NCBI GenBank assembly: GCA_047638595.1
Contig: JBLIMJ010000001.1
Coordinates: 7,768 to 71,767, forward strand
DNA from: Acidimicrobiales bacterium
Lineage (GTDB): Bacteria; Patescibacteriota; Minisyncoccia; Phycocordibacterales; UBA918
Length of the DNA stretch: 64,000 nucleotides
Direction: 5' to 3'
Under the pieces are notes generated by a model. The model saw only the letters and a list, made by a program, of their open reading frames with translations. It was not told the origin of the DNA and ran no database searches. The translations under genes and the position numbers were made by a program. The first letter of the stretch is position 1. Every line of letters starts with the position of its first letter. Below, in pieces: positions 40,314 through 50,574 of this stretch.

Positions 40314-42605
40314 CTAACTCTCGCGATCAGGTAAATCAGACACTTTCTGACGAGGGAGTCGTACAATAAATGTAGTACCCTCATCCTCTACTGACTCAAA
40401 TGAGATGGAGCCACCAAATGATTCCACAATTGATTTTACAATGTACAGACCCAAACCGGAACCGCTACCTGGAACCATTGCGGTATTTGATGCCCGGTAA
40501 AATCGTCCAAACAACTTAGCTTGTTCGGCTTGAGGAATACCAATACCATCATCAGCGAGTTTCATAATTAATGAGGAATCATCGACTGCATACGAAACAG
40601 AAAGTGACCCCGGGTGACTACTATATTTAATAGCATTATCCATCAGATTTTGGAGCACTTGGCGCACACGTAACTTATCAACATATACAGTGACATTCTC
40701 CTCTAATCTATTATGTGAGATAGTAAACTGCTGTCGTTGTGCATATTCAGAAAGATCTGAAATAATCGAGTCGACAACAGGAGCAATAGCCACATCAGAT
40801 AAATTCAAATCAAGGATCTTCCCCTCTATCTTGGTAATATCGAGCATGTCGTTTACCATCATTATTAAACGCACTGTAGAAACTTCCACGTCATCAAGAA
40901 GCTCTTTCTGTTTCTTATTAAGCGCACCATAACTTTCATCCACAAGCATTTCAACGTTACCTCGCATAGAAGTAAGTGGAGTACGTAACTGATGAGAAGC
41001 TATCGCAACAAGTTCACTCTTAGAGCGTTCCAGGAGTTTTTCGTCAGTAATGTCATGTATGAAAATTACCGTACCATTGATATTGGACTGATTATGATAG
41101 TCAACCTCAATATTCCTTATCATGAACGTATACACTCTTCCATGCAGGTCTACTTCATTAATTTCGTCAGATATTCTGTCGAGGGCACAGCGCATGATAG
41201 TTTTTTTAATCTCTGGATCAGAAAACTTTTCAAACAAAGTCGGCATGATTATGAGTGGTTCAAACGAATCAATAGCTAGTAATCTTAATAACGCACCATT
41301 TACAAACTGAACTTGCCCATGTGTATCAATAAGAATTGCTGATGCGACCATACGCTCAGTAACAACACCGAGCTTCCATTTTTCCTGTGTTAACTCATAG
41401 GTACGTTCAGTGACTGTTTTTTCAATAATTTTTTTCTCACTGTCTAAATCCTCAAGGATATTGAGCGTTGCACTTCTACTATTCTCCAGTTCAGCATTGC
41501 GCTTCTTTGACATCTGCACAGAAATTTCAAGTTCTTTCGTTCTTTCCTCCACTTTCTTTTCTAGATTTTTCAGTGAATCCTTCAGTTTTGATGTCATCAC
41601 AGTGAAGGAGTTGGCCAAGTTGCCAATCTCATTCTTTAAATTATGATAGAGCGTAGTATCAAGTTCCCCATCACTAATCCTGAGCACACCTTGAGTGAGC
41701 TCAGTAAGTGGACTTAAAACTTTCTTGTGTAATAAAAATAATGCAATAATTAAATACAACACAAAAGAAAATATCAATATTCCTGATACTGTTAAGGAAA
41801 TTTGTAAATTTTTATATACGCTTTTTTGTGAAATTTCTACTACTACTCCCCATGAAGACAAAGGTATTTCTCTCCATGTACTAATTACGTTTTCATTATC
41901 TATACCTTGATATCTTGACAATTGTTGTTCTTTTTCAACAAAATTTTGAACTCCTTGAAAAGAATTTATTAACTCTTGTGAAGGAGGTTCCAATAAATTT
42001 TGTGATACAAGCAACTGCCCGTTTTTATCCACGACATACGCTTGTCCGTCTGGCACCCCTGCAATAATGCCCCAGAGGGAGCTCAGATCAATAGTTGCCA
42101 CCATAAGTCCTATTACTTGATCCCGTGCATCATAAATCGGTAAAGACCAAAAAAGAAACGGAACCCCAAAAGAGGACTGGTACGGACTAGAGATAAATTC
42201 AGAGCCACTGATTGACTGAATAAAGAAATTCTCTGAACTTACATTTTTAAGTTTTTTCTCAGTTTCAAAAGTGGAACCTTGAATATTTTTTATGAACTCA
42301 CCTGATTTATCATACGCATATAATTCCAAAATTGATGAATTGTTGTTTATAATTTCATTAAGAAAAGGATTATTTTTATCCGATGTAGCGATGTGTTTAC
42401 TTGCTAAAAGCAAATCACTTTGTATAGTGCCAAGTAGTCCAGAAACTTGAGTCTCAATTTTTATTGCTAGCTGATATGGGATTTGTTCGGCAGTTGATTT
42501 ATTGTTTTGATATTGAAACAATACAGAAAAATAGAGAACAACCCCCATAAAGAGCAACATAACAACTAGTGGGATGCCAAGCTGGAAAATAATCTTGTTT
42601 CTCAT
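40314..42605 (-). CDS. Sensor histidine kinase (Cache-HAMP-PAS-HisKA-HATPase)
   Basis: AYVVDKNG...WGVVVEI Cache; PL..L...NEIG.LA..F HAMP; ASHQLRTPL; NAIKYS; DDGIGI; GSGLGL. Confidence 0.93.
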   Translation of the reverse strand: MRNKIIFQLGIPLVVMLLFMGVVLYFSVLFQYQNNKSTAEQIPYQLAIKIETQVSGLLGTIQSDLLLASKHIATSDKNNPFLNEIINNNSSILELYAYDKSGEFIKNIQGSTFETEKKLKNVSSENFFIQSISGSEFISSPYQSSFGVPFLFWSLPIYDARDQVIGLMVATIDLSSLWGIIAGVPDGQAYVVDKNGQLLVSQNLLEPPSQELINSFQGVQNFVEKEQQLSRYQGIDNENVISTWREIPLSSWGVVVEISQKSVYKNLQISLTVSGILIFSFVLYLIIALFLLHKKVLSPLTELTQGVLRISDGELDTTLYHNLKNEIGNLANSFTVMTSKLKDSLKNLEKKVEERTKELEISVQMSKKRNAELENSRSATLNILEDLDSEKKIIEKTVTERTYELTQEKWKLGVVTERMVASAILIDTHGQVQFVNGALLRLLAIDSFEPLIIMPTLFEKFSDPEIKKTIMRCALDRISDEINEVDLHGRVYTFMIRNIEVDYHNQSNINGTVIFIHDITDEKLLERSKSELVAIASHQLRTPLTSMRGNVEMLVDESYGALNKKQKELLDDVEVSTVRLIMMVNDMLDITKIEGKILDLNLSDVAIAPVVDSIISDLSEYAQRQQFTISHNRLEENVTVYVDKLRVRQVLQNLMDNAIKYSSHPGSLSVSYAVDDSSLIMKLADDGIGIPQAEQAKLFGRFYRASNTAMVPGSGSGLGLYIVKSIVESFGGSISFESVEDEGTTFIVRLPRQKVSDLPDRES

Positions 42606-42637
42606 GCTTTGTTGCGATACATATTAATAAGTATTTA

Positions 42638-43858
42638 TTACTGAACCCCTGCTGGTGCAGTAAGTATGTTAACAAATTCGAAAACTCCATCTTTTATAAT
42701 AGCTCCACTCATTAATATATTGTTGGTATCACCAAAATCATCAAAAGACCATGTATCGAGTAAGGCACCGAAATCATTAGTTTGTCTGACTGCTTCCATG
42801 ACAGCAACTCTATCCCTCTCCCCCTCTACGCTTTTCAGAGCTTCTATAACAACATGTGCAGTCTCATACCCTAAAACAGCAAACGGACCCGGCTCCGTTT
42901 GATATCTGGCCATGTAGGCATCATTAAATCTGAGGGATTCTTTTGTTCCGATATCTACAGCACTTACTCCAATTGTCGTAGCATATACACCTTCCGCTAG
43001 ATCTCGCCCTACTAAGTCAATAAAATCTTGACCTGCAATGCCATCAGGACCCATAATTTTTGAAGTAATTCCAATGGCACGCATTTCTTGTATAAACAAT
43101 GCAATTGCACTGAGTGTGGTTCCACCATAATAGACAAGGTCAGGTTCATTCTCTTGTATCGTCTGCAAAATATTCTGATAAGAGCTCGCTTTTTTATCGA
43201 TGGTGATGTCACCCAACACTTCCAAACCAATGCTGAGAGCTTTTTTCTTAAACAAACTGGAGATACCGGCACCATATGCACCACCATCATTAATTATATA
43301 TATTGATTTAAAACCGAGCTCATCCGCCCAGATAGCTCCAGCTGGACCCTGCTGATCATCAGTGGTGCATACTCTAAAATAGTTTCTTGTACCCGTTGGA
43401 TAAAATATTCCGGGTTCACCTGGTGTAAATCCAGATTTCGTAAGGCCAGGCCATGTGTTCCCCGGGCTAATTTGAACGAGATTGCCTTTGTTTAGAATAG
43501 GTATACTGATTTTTGCTGCACCACTATTGTACGTACCTATGTATGCCATTACATCGGGATCAGCTACTGCAATCTCGGCATTTTCACGCTCAATATCTTC
43601 ACCCCAGACACCATTCTCATCACCACCATCGAGAAAAAGTAATTCAATGTCAAAGTCACCCACCTTATAATCAAGTTCCGTAAATGCTAGTTCCACTGCA
43701 TTGGCAATTGACTCACCTGCAGTACCGCTTTCAGGAACACTGACAGCTATTTTAACAACCGAAGATGTCTCGAAAATTTTTATTGCAAAGAACACCATAG
43801 CAAGTACGGAAAAGAGACCTAGTAGGATAAATAGATACACACTTTTACGAATAGTCAT
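42638..43858 (-). CDS. Branched-chain amino acid-type (LivJ/LivK-like) substrate-binding protein
   Basis: YIGTYNSGA, QISPGNT, YFRVCTTDDQQG, YG.G, PDLVYYGG, MGPDG, GYET. Confidence 0.9.
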   Translation of the reverse strand: MTIRKSVYLFILLGLFSVLAMVFFAIKIFETSSVVKIAVSVPESGTAGESIANAVELAFTELDYKVGDFDIELLFLDGGDENGVWGEDIERENAEIAVADPDVMAYIGTYNSGAAKISIPILNKGNLVQISPGNTWPGLTKSGFTPGEPGIFYPTGTRNYFRVCTTDDQQGPAGAIWADELGFKSIYIINDGGAYGAGISSLFKKKALSIGLEVLGDITIDKKASSYQNILQTIQENEPDLVYYGGTTLSAIALFIQEMRAIGITSKIMGPDGIAGQDFIDLVGRDLAEGVYATTIGVSAVDIGTKESLRFNDAYMARYQTEPGPFAVLGYETAHVVIEALKSVEGERDRVAVMEAVRQTNDFGALLDTWSFDDFGDTNNILMSGAIIKDGVFEFVNILTAPAGVQ

Positions 43859-44117
43859 ACTTTAATTTGTTACAAAATAATTAGGTACCAATATAAATGT
43901 GAATAATCTGAAATGGACACTTTACTTGACACCATGGGATAGTAGCTATTTTAATAATAACATTAAAAAATTAGTTATATTACTAAAATTACGTAATTAC
44001 TGTATATAATTAAATATCACACACACAACAAAATTTCAGTTTTACTTGTAAAAGAATATCGAGGCCCCTGACTAATTTATTTCACATGTCTACTCAATGA
44101 CTATACGTATTTATATA

Positions 44118-45659
44118 TTATGATGTATAGTCGCCAAACTTTGCCTTAAGCTCTTCGATTTCTTTCTTAAGGGCTATCATTTTAAGCTCTCGATTCACAG
44201 TGACACTTTGGAACTTTTCAAGCTCCAAGAGCTTGGACTCTAGATCAAGCTGTGCATCTTGTAATGCTTTTGTTCTCTCCTGCACATTCTCTTCAAGATG
44301 TTCCTGCGATTCTGTGAGTGTTCGCATCGTCATATTATACACTTCGATCAAACGAGCTATTTCACCCCTTCCCTTTACCTTTACCTTAATCGTTTTAGTG
44401 AAATCACCAACCGCAGTCATGTTTGCTGCATTTGTTAATACAGTAATTGGATGAGTGACTGAAATCAACAAAAATAATATGATACAACTGAAAATAAATC
44501 CGAAGATAAGAGTGGCGAGTATTACGAATCTATCAAACGCATCGTCTGAATCTTCCCGCACCTCAAGAACCTCATGTTCCATGGTGAGTACCCATGGTAG
44601 ATAAATATCACTATCTTTTTGTTTAGAGTAGGCATATCCTGTAGAATGCGCAAGAAGCACTTCGTTGCCTGTGGCAAGAGTAACAAAATGATAGTCACCA
44701 ATATCATTCTCAATCCCATGATTATGCTCGTTACGGGCCAACAAATCATTAGGATTATTTTGACTGTTGGAATATATAAGTGTGTTATCTGTCTCAGCAA
44801 GGGTAAAGTACATTGACCTATGAGACTCATGCCCATGTGATACATGAATAGCAGACTCCTCTTCATCTCCATTATTCAGTGTGGTGAATATTTTTATTGT
44901 GTCAATAATTTCTGCAATATTTAGCACAGCTATTATAACTCCAGCCATCTCACCAGATTCATCAGCAATTGAAACTGCAATATCCATTGAGAACACTTCA
45001 GCGCTCTCATCATACACAACTGGTCCAACATAGATTCCCTCTGCAACTGCATGCTGCCACCAAGCCTCATCTGCTTGGTAATAATCAGTTGTTCTCCCTG
45101 TTTGGGCAATATTGGCACCATATACATTGGTTACAAATATTTCAGAGTAGACAGGGTATTCATACTCCTCAACAAAAAAACCTGATAATTCACGTAGCTC
45201 ATGTGACAATTCATTTTGCAACAAGCTATTCATAAGCTCTGTTGTTGTTCCCGCGGAAGTTGCAATCCATTGAGCATCCCGTTCCTGTATTGTACGAGCA
45301 ACATCATCTATCTTTGCAAAATTTTCATTGGAGTGCCTCAATACTGACTGAAGGGTGGTGTCACGAGTATATGCATGTATATACTCAACCCTTTTATTTA
45401 TATCACTCTGAATTTTATCCATCGCTTGTTGCACCACAACTACGGCATTCTCACCCATATCTTTACGAAATACATCCTCTGCATATTCAATAAAAAAGTA
45501 ATTCATTAATAAAAAACTTGCTGTACCTACAGTAAGAAGAAAGAGAGTAATTCTAATTACTATCCGTTGAAAAAAGGGCACTTTATATAGGTTTTTTATA
45601 TTTTCTGAAGCTTCTTTTTTTACTTTTTTTTCTGTATTCATAAAAAGAACATTGGTCAA
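44118..45659 (-). CDS. Cache + HAMP membrane sensor without catalytic output
   Basis: EIFVTNVYGANIA...DYYQADEAWW...YDES (dCache); HAMP; ends in coiled coil RELKMIALKKEI with no H-box or ATPase. Confidence 0.8.
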   Translation of the reverse strand: MTNVLFMNTEKKVKKEASENIKNLYKVPFFQRIVIRITLFLLTVGTASFLLMNYFFIEYAEDVFRKDMGENAVVVVQQAMDKIQSDINKRVEYIHAYTRDTTLQSVLRHSNENFAKIDDVARTIQERDAQWIATSAGTTTELMNSLLQNELSHELRELSGFFVEEYEYPVYSEIFVTNVYGANIAQTGRTTDYYQADEAWWQHAVAEGIYVGPVVYDESAEVFSMDIAVSIADESGEMAGVIIAVLNIAEIIDTIKIFTTLNNGDEEESAIHVSHGHESHRSMYFTLAETDNTLIYSNSQNNPNDLLARNEHNHGIENDIGDYHFVTLATGNEVLLAHSTGYAYSKQKDSDIYLPWVLTMEHEVLEVREDSDDAFDRFVILATLIFGFIFSCIILFLLISVTHPITVLTNAANMTAVGDFTKTIKVKVKGRGEIARLIEVYNMTMRTLTESQEHLEENVQERTKALQDAQLDLESKLLELEKFQSVTVNRELKMIALKKEIEELKAKFGDYTS

Positions 45660-45826
45660 AAATACTTCTACTACACAACTCTAGCCGTCAACTGTATCTA
45701 AATAATAACATCCTTTACGTTGTCTATTTTGGAATATACACTTAACAAAAAAAAGGGAGTGTACTATACTCGTTTCCTTACTTAGTCTAGGGATTTTGCC
45801 CAGGAAAGCACAAAGTCCAGAACTGT

Positions 45827-46032
45827 CCAATTTTTAATGACTGGAAGGGATCACTTCGTCGTATGAAAAACATAGTCGTTATCACTCCTTGTTTTACACA
45901 ATAAAAATGGAAATACTCTTGGGGTAAAATTCGAAATAGGATCTTCGACACTTTTCTCATTTGGTCCAGCGATTTGCCCAAGGGCAGAACAAATCGGGAC
46001 ATAAATTCGACATAGTCGTTACACTCCTTGTC
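45827..46032. repeat. Intergenic repeat cluster (catagtcgtta(t)cactcc units)
   Basis: Copies at 45871-45888 and 46011-46027; an inverted copy at 59459-59475; 45827-45850 matches 59480-59503 at 21/24. Confidence 0.75.
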
Positions 46033-46800
46033 TCATTTAAAGAAGGAATCAGAGAGAATAACAGCGAAATCTCTAAAGGTCATACGTCCATCCCCCGTAA
46101 AGTCATACACTTCTGTTTTCGAAGTCCATGCTGCCATAAAGCGGCTCAAGTCAGCTAAAGACACTTTTCCATCACCATTAATATCAGTCACAATCCTGAC
46201 AGTTACTGAGCCTTCTACAGAAGAACCATTTGATGGGTCATATTTTCCATCTTCATTAGCAACGTACAGCTGAGTACTTTCTTCTCCGCTATCAGTAACA
46301 GCCACTTCTAAACCAGAACCATCTCCAGCAATTAACCTACTGTCAGCGATTTCAAATGTTGCAAGTCCTGAGGTATTTGCTTTTGCCCTAACTGTTGCTA
46401 TCAAATGATCACCGAGGAACCCCTTGCGAAACGTCCCCCCACGAAGTACAACAGTATTGTCCTGCACATAGGGCTGTTCAGTCCACAAAGTAATCACAGA
46501 CTGACCAGTATCAATACCAAGGACTTCTACCTGCACATCTGGAAAAGCTAAAGCGATATCTATCGCATTTACAGGAACATGCGCAGAGACAAATACATTA
46601 ATTTTAAAAATTTCACCTTCGCGGACAGAACTCGCTGATGATTCAATTCGAATGTTCGTCTGTGACGTTGAATCAATTACACTCGCACCAAGAAAAGCAG
46701 CCACAACAAAAAGCAGCGGGAAAGCAAAACGCACCGTACGACTTTTATTGGGCCGGTATGGTGCGAAAATATTATTTAGTATTTTTTTTATAAGGTTCAT
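46033..46800 (-). CDS. Cohesin-like + dockerin (EF-hand pair) protein
   Basis: GEIFKINV...VNAIDI...SVITLWTEQP...GG...AGDGSG; DINGDGKVSLADLS and DFTGDGRMTFRDF. Confidence 0.8.
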   Translation of the reverse strand: MNLIKKILNNIFAPYRPNKSRTVRFAFPLLFVVAAFLGASVIDSTSQTNIRIESSASSVREGEIFKINVFVSAHVPVNAIDIALAFPDVQVEVLGIDTGQSVITLWTEQPYVQDNTVVLRGGTFRKGFLGDHLIATVRAKANTSGLATFEIADSRLIAGDGSGLEVAVTDSGEESTQLYVANEDGKYDPSNGSSVEGSVTVRIVTDINGDGKVSLADLSRFMAAWTSKTEVYDFTGDGRMTFRDFAVILSDSFFK

Positions 46801-47462
46801 AATCCAATTATATCTTCACGTATAGCATCAATTTTAACACCAATATACGAAAGGGTATCATTTACCTCTTGTGCTTTAGTCACCTCGCTAAGCATTTGCG
46901 CTGACTGTACAGAAACCCCGTCGAGCAAGGCCTGGATAATATCCTTCTGAATCACTACTAACTCAGAAGAAAGACTGCTTCTTTGAAGCTCAAATGAAGC
47001 TAGTTCTGACCATTTTGCTACTGGATAGAATATTTGTTCTGATCTTGAATCCACAATATCTAAAAGAGTGACGTAGTCTTGATACACTTCAAACTCCCGA
47101 TTAAGACGTGCGACCATTAATGCTTTTCGTTCTGCATAGAAATCACCACAAGCGCCAAAGAGTTGATCTACTTCAACTAACTCTGCTTTATTAAGTGTTC
47201 CTAGGTTTCCAAGCAATTCATCAAACTTTTGTCGATCTTGTGTATCACAATCCTTCACAATCTCCGCAACAACAGCATCTGCTCCATTACGATCAGTCAC
47301 TTCAGCAATAGAAATGAGGGTGGTCTCTTGTTCTGAGACGAGCAACTTCATGGTAGAGACATACTCAGCTTGTTGTGTGTGTATATAAAGAGAAACTCCA
47401 TAAAACACAGATCCTAAAATTATAAGGCTACCAAAGATGTACTTCTTTTCAATATTTTTCAT
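46797..47462 (-). CDS. Hypothetical helical protein with N-terminal TM
   Basis: ORF in operon; one TM, amphipathic helices, two Cys. Confidence 0.7.
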   Translation of the reverse strand: MKNIEKKYIFGSLIILGSVFYGVSLYIHTQQAEYVSTMKLLVSEQETTLISIAEVTDRNGADAVVAEIVKDCDTQDRQKFDELLGNLGTLNKAELVEVDQLFGACGDFYAERKALMVARLNREFEVYQDYVTLLDIVDSRSEQIFYPVAKWSELASFELQRSSLSSELVVIQKDIIQALLDGVSVQSAQMLSEVTKAQEVNDTLSYIGVKIDAIREDIIGL

Positions 47463-47465
47463 AGA

Positions 47466-49199
47466 CTATTCAACAATTTTTTCTACATCAGTAATCTCCT
47501 TTTCAACCTTCTTTTGAGCACTCTGAAGTGCCTCCTCTACCGCCTCAATAAGCACAGCCTCTGCCTTAGTTAACTTTTTTGTTTTTCGTGAAGAAGATAA
47601 CAAATCTGAATGGGTCCGAACGACTTTCCTTAAAGCCTCAAACTCAGCACCCAACATGACTAACGCTTCATCAGTTTCTCTAGTAACACCAGTTCGCAAC
47701 CGTCGTAGTCGGACAAACAAGAACCAAAGGCCTAGTATAGACAGTATAGTCAACGCAAGCAATGGAATCAGCACAGAGAGGATACTTACCACAACTGAGC
47801 CTATTCGAATATAACCTGGCTGTTGTACAGCAATACGGACTACATCACTCATCTCACTCTGTGCTCCGCGTTCATCAACAGCCACAGCAGAAAGCTCATA
47901 GACACCTAAAGAAAGCCTCCCTTCAGGGATAAAGATGAACTCTCCTGTTTCAGAACTTAGGATCGATATCTCCTGTGTATCACTTCCTATTTTAGTAAAC
48001 AACACTTTCACTTCAGCATTTGGTCGAGTAATACCTTTTATAACAGGAATAACGTCCTTTGAAACCTCAGACGGGTACTCAGTAAACTGAGGCTTATCAA
48101 ATGCAAGAACACCAAACGATATAGAGTCAATCAAGCTGTTTCCAGCACTATCAAAAGCTTCAATAATTACACTATGATGACCAGGCTCAAGTGATGGCAA
48201 GACCAGCTGACCCTTCTCATCTTCATCGATAAATTCAAAAGGTTCTCCACCGTCAATCTGTATCAAAAATCTTACTACAGCAGAGGTGTCATCCTCGGTC
48301 TTCAATACTAAAGTTTGTATAGGACTTGTTAAATCCACCCCTTCAGACAGTGTTACCTTAAAAGATGTCGGGGGTTTTGAATCAATCGCAATTCTATAGT
48401 GTGCTACACGCCCCCAACCATCGCCATTTCTAAACTGCATATGGAAATACTGCACACCTTCATCTAGGTCTGACAGTGAAATGCTCGAAATAGGTGTATC
48501 GTAGACTTTTGTTGGGATAGAACCACTATTCTCGTCTAAACGTGTCCTTACGGCAGTGACCCCTGCCGGCAGCGCCCACGATAACTCAGCAGACTTCTCT
48601 GTATACCAACCCTCCGGTTCAGGATGTGTTTTCGAGTTAATTACTGGAGCTGCAGGTGTATTTGCGGGTGCGATGTATTCTATTGTTTCTGGCTCAGGAC
48701 TCACTTCTGCAGAGACTATAGTAAACGAGCCCCCATTCATTGAAGTAAGAACATTGGTTCCACGTCCGTCTGCTGCGAGCACTGCCCCGCTGGTAAAAGA
48801 AACTCTAGGGTTCCCAGCGCCCTTAGTTCGGAAGGTTACAGAGATTACCGATCCTCCGCTCCCTGTGTAGCCGGTTGGACTACCTCCACTAAAGGAAATG
48901 GTTCCCGCACTATTTGAGAAAGAAGGTTCGGCTGTCCAAAGATTAAAAATTGAACCTTTAGTGACTCGCACAACACTCAACTCTCCAGGCTTGAAAGAAA
49001 GTTTTCCTTCCGCAGCGTTTATATTTTTACCCGAAGTATTTACCACCACGCGAGCAGTGAAAGTCTGACCAGCTGTGTACACACCTGTGCCTGGTGAAAC
49101 AGAAAGTGTAGCTGCATATGATGATGATGCTACACCACAAATAACTGCAAGTAAGAGCATTTTTATTGCAATAACAAAGTTGTGGTGTGTCAGATGCAT
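47466..49199 (-). CDS. Cohesin-like domain + Ig-like repeats, C-terminal TM and cytoplasmic coiled coil
   Basis: ATLSVSP...GQTFTARVVVNT...INAAEG...SIFNLW..EP...GTISFSGG...AADGRGT; S.THP; IDSKPP. Confidence 0.8.
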   Translation of the reverse strand: MHLTHHNFVIAIKMLLLAVICGVASSSYAATLSVSPGTGVYTAGQTFTARVVVNTSGKNINAAEGKLSFKPGELSVVRVTKGSIFNLWTAEPSFSNSAGTISFSGGSPTGYTGSGGSVISVTFRTKGAGNPRVSFTSGAVLAADGRGTNVLTSMNGGSFTIVSAEVSPEPETIEYIAPANTPAAPVINSKTHPEPEGWYTEKSAELSWALPAGVTAVRTRLDENSGSIPTKVYDTPISSISLSDLDEGVQYFHMQFRNGDGWGRVAHYRIAIDSKPPTSFKVTLSEGVDLTSPIQTLVLKTEDDTSAVVRFLIQIDGGEPFEFIDEDEKGQLVLPSLEPGHHSVIIEAFDSAGNSLIDSISFGVLAFDKPQFTEYPSEVSKDVIPVIKGITRPNAEVKVLFTKIGSDTQEISILSSETGEFIFIPEGRLSLGVYELSAVAVDERGAQSEMSDVVRIAVQQPGYIRIGSVVVSILSVLIPLLALTILSILGLWFLFVRLRRLRTGVTRETDEALVMLGAEFEALRKVVRTHSDLLSSSRKTKKLTKAEAVLIEAVEEALQSAQKKVEKEITDVEKIVE

Positions 49200-49205
49200 A
49201 CGTTT

Positions 49206-50267
49206 TTAATTATCTTCATCTTCTAATTCATCTTCGCTATCAACATCTTCACCAGTTTCAGCAGCACTCTTTCGTCTGAAGAAGAACAATACAGTAAATA
49301 CAAAACCTGAAAGGACAAAGATCCCGATACCTGTCGCAATCAACGCAATCATCACTTTCACCTCTGCAGTCATTGTTCGTTGTGCTTCGTCTGGCACGTA
49401 TATCGCAACATATTCATTCCCAGCCTTGTCTATAGCACGCACTCGAATAGTACTATTAAGTGTCTGATCTTTTAGTACATAAGGACTTTTTACTTCCTTC
49501 CATGGAGCGTCTTCACGTCCCCAATTAAATAAACTAGCTTCAGTCATAGACTCCTCAATTACTTCATAGTGATCAATACCTGACTGCTTGTCAGTAGTAT
49601 TAAAAACAATAAAATAATCATTACTAAATGCATTTTTTGTTCTTTCCAGAGTAATACTGAACTCTTCTGGGTCTATCTCGTCAGCGTTTACAATATCACC
49701 CCATTCATTATTAATGCTTGAGCCAGGTGTTTTTGAAAGCTCGATACTAGTACCTAATAATGTTAATGGTGCCAATGTTCCAAAACCGTCATTGAGTAAT
49801 ACTTGTGTCTGTTGACCAAAAGCAATTTGTCCCTGGTTTGTATCTCCGGATGCTCCAATAACAAAACCGGGAGACTGAAAAAGTAAATCAACAACAACAT
49901 TTGTTAAACGAGGATCACCTGCAATACGGCCACAATAGCCATTAGGTATACCTCCTGCAAAAGTAATAGTTTTATTAGAACGATCAATAATTGGTTCCTC
50001 AACCCACATACTCAGAATAGAAGCACCACGTGAGATGTCGACAGGTTGGATATTATCCGAGTATTTAATAACACCATCAACAACATTTACACATTCATCC
50101 TCATCAGTGTCCAACCGAACAGAGACTTTAAGAGTATCGCCTCGAGATAGTTCAGCGTGGTTGGGATCCATATACAATGTTGCCGCTTGAGTCTGAGTTG
50201 CCCCCAACAAAAAGACTGCAAAGAGACCAACGATAAGTTTCCTATTCATATAGTGTAAGTATAGCAA
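49206..50267 (-). CDS. Cohesin-like domain + Ig-like, C-terminal TM and acidic tail
   Basis: ATLYMDP...GDTLKVSVRLD...VNVVDG...SILSMWVEEP...ITFAGG...LNDGFGT; DKQSGIDHYEV; AIDKAGN. Confidence 0.8.
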   Translation of the reverse strand: MLYLHYMNRKLIVGLFAVFLLGATQTQAATLYMDPNHAELSRGDTLKVSVRLDTDEDECVNVVDGVIKYSDNIQPVDISRGASILSMWVEEPIIDRSNKTITFAGGIPNGYCGRIAGDPRLTNVVVDLLFQSPGFVIGASGDTNQGQIAFGQQTQVLLNDGFGTLAPLTLLGTSIELSKTPGSSINNEWGDIVNADEIDPEEFSITLERTKNAFSNDYFIVFNTTDKQSGIDHYEVIEESMTEASLFNWGREDAPWKEVKSPYVLKDQTLNSTIRVRAIDKAGNEYVAIYVPDEAQRTMTAEVKVMIALIATGIGIFVLSGFVFTVLFFFRRKSAAETGEDVDSEDELEDEDN

Positions 50268-50424
50268 TCGTACGGCAATCTAACATGTGTTTTATGCACA
50301 AAACATAAACAAAGACCATTGATATTAAAATAATTTTAGCCATGTTCGTCCGGTAATTTCTTTTAGGGAAAGAAAGAAATTGGGACCTGAATTCACAAAT
50401 ACCCTTCGGCTATTTGTTCACTCA

Positions 50425-50466
50425 AAGAGAAAAACCCGTCTCGTGGTGGGAGATAGGGTTTTTCTA
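50425..50466 (-). terminator. Terminator-like hairpin
   Basis: agaaaaaccc(g)tctc...gaga(t)agggtttttct. Confidence 0.55.
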
Positions 50467-50574
50467 TATGCTCTATTCTATTGCAATTCAGAATTGGGCG
50501 AACTACTACGCGACGTAGTTTTGTTTGTTTTTGAATTGATACGCGACTCAATTCATTTTTGTTTTAAGTTGAAC

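Noticed and set aside
45827-46032. CRISPR array
   Set aside because: Only two short copies about 140 bp apart, no regular spacers and no cas genes.
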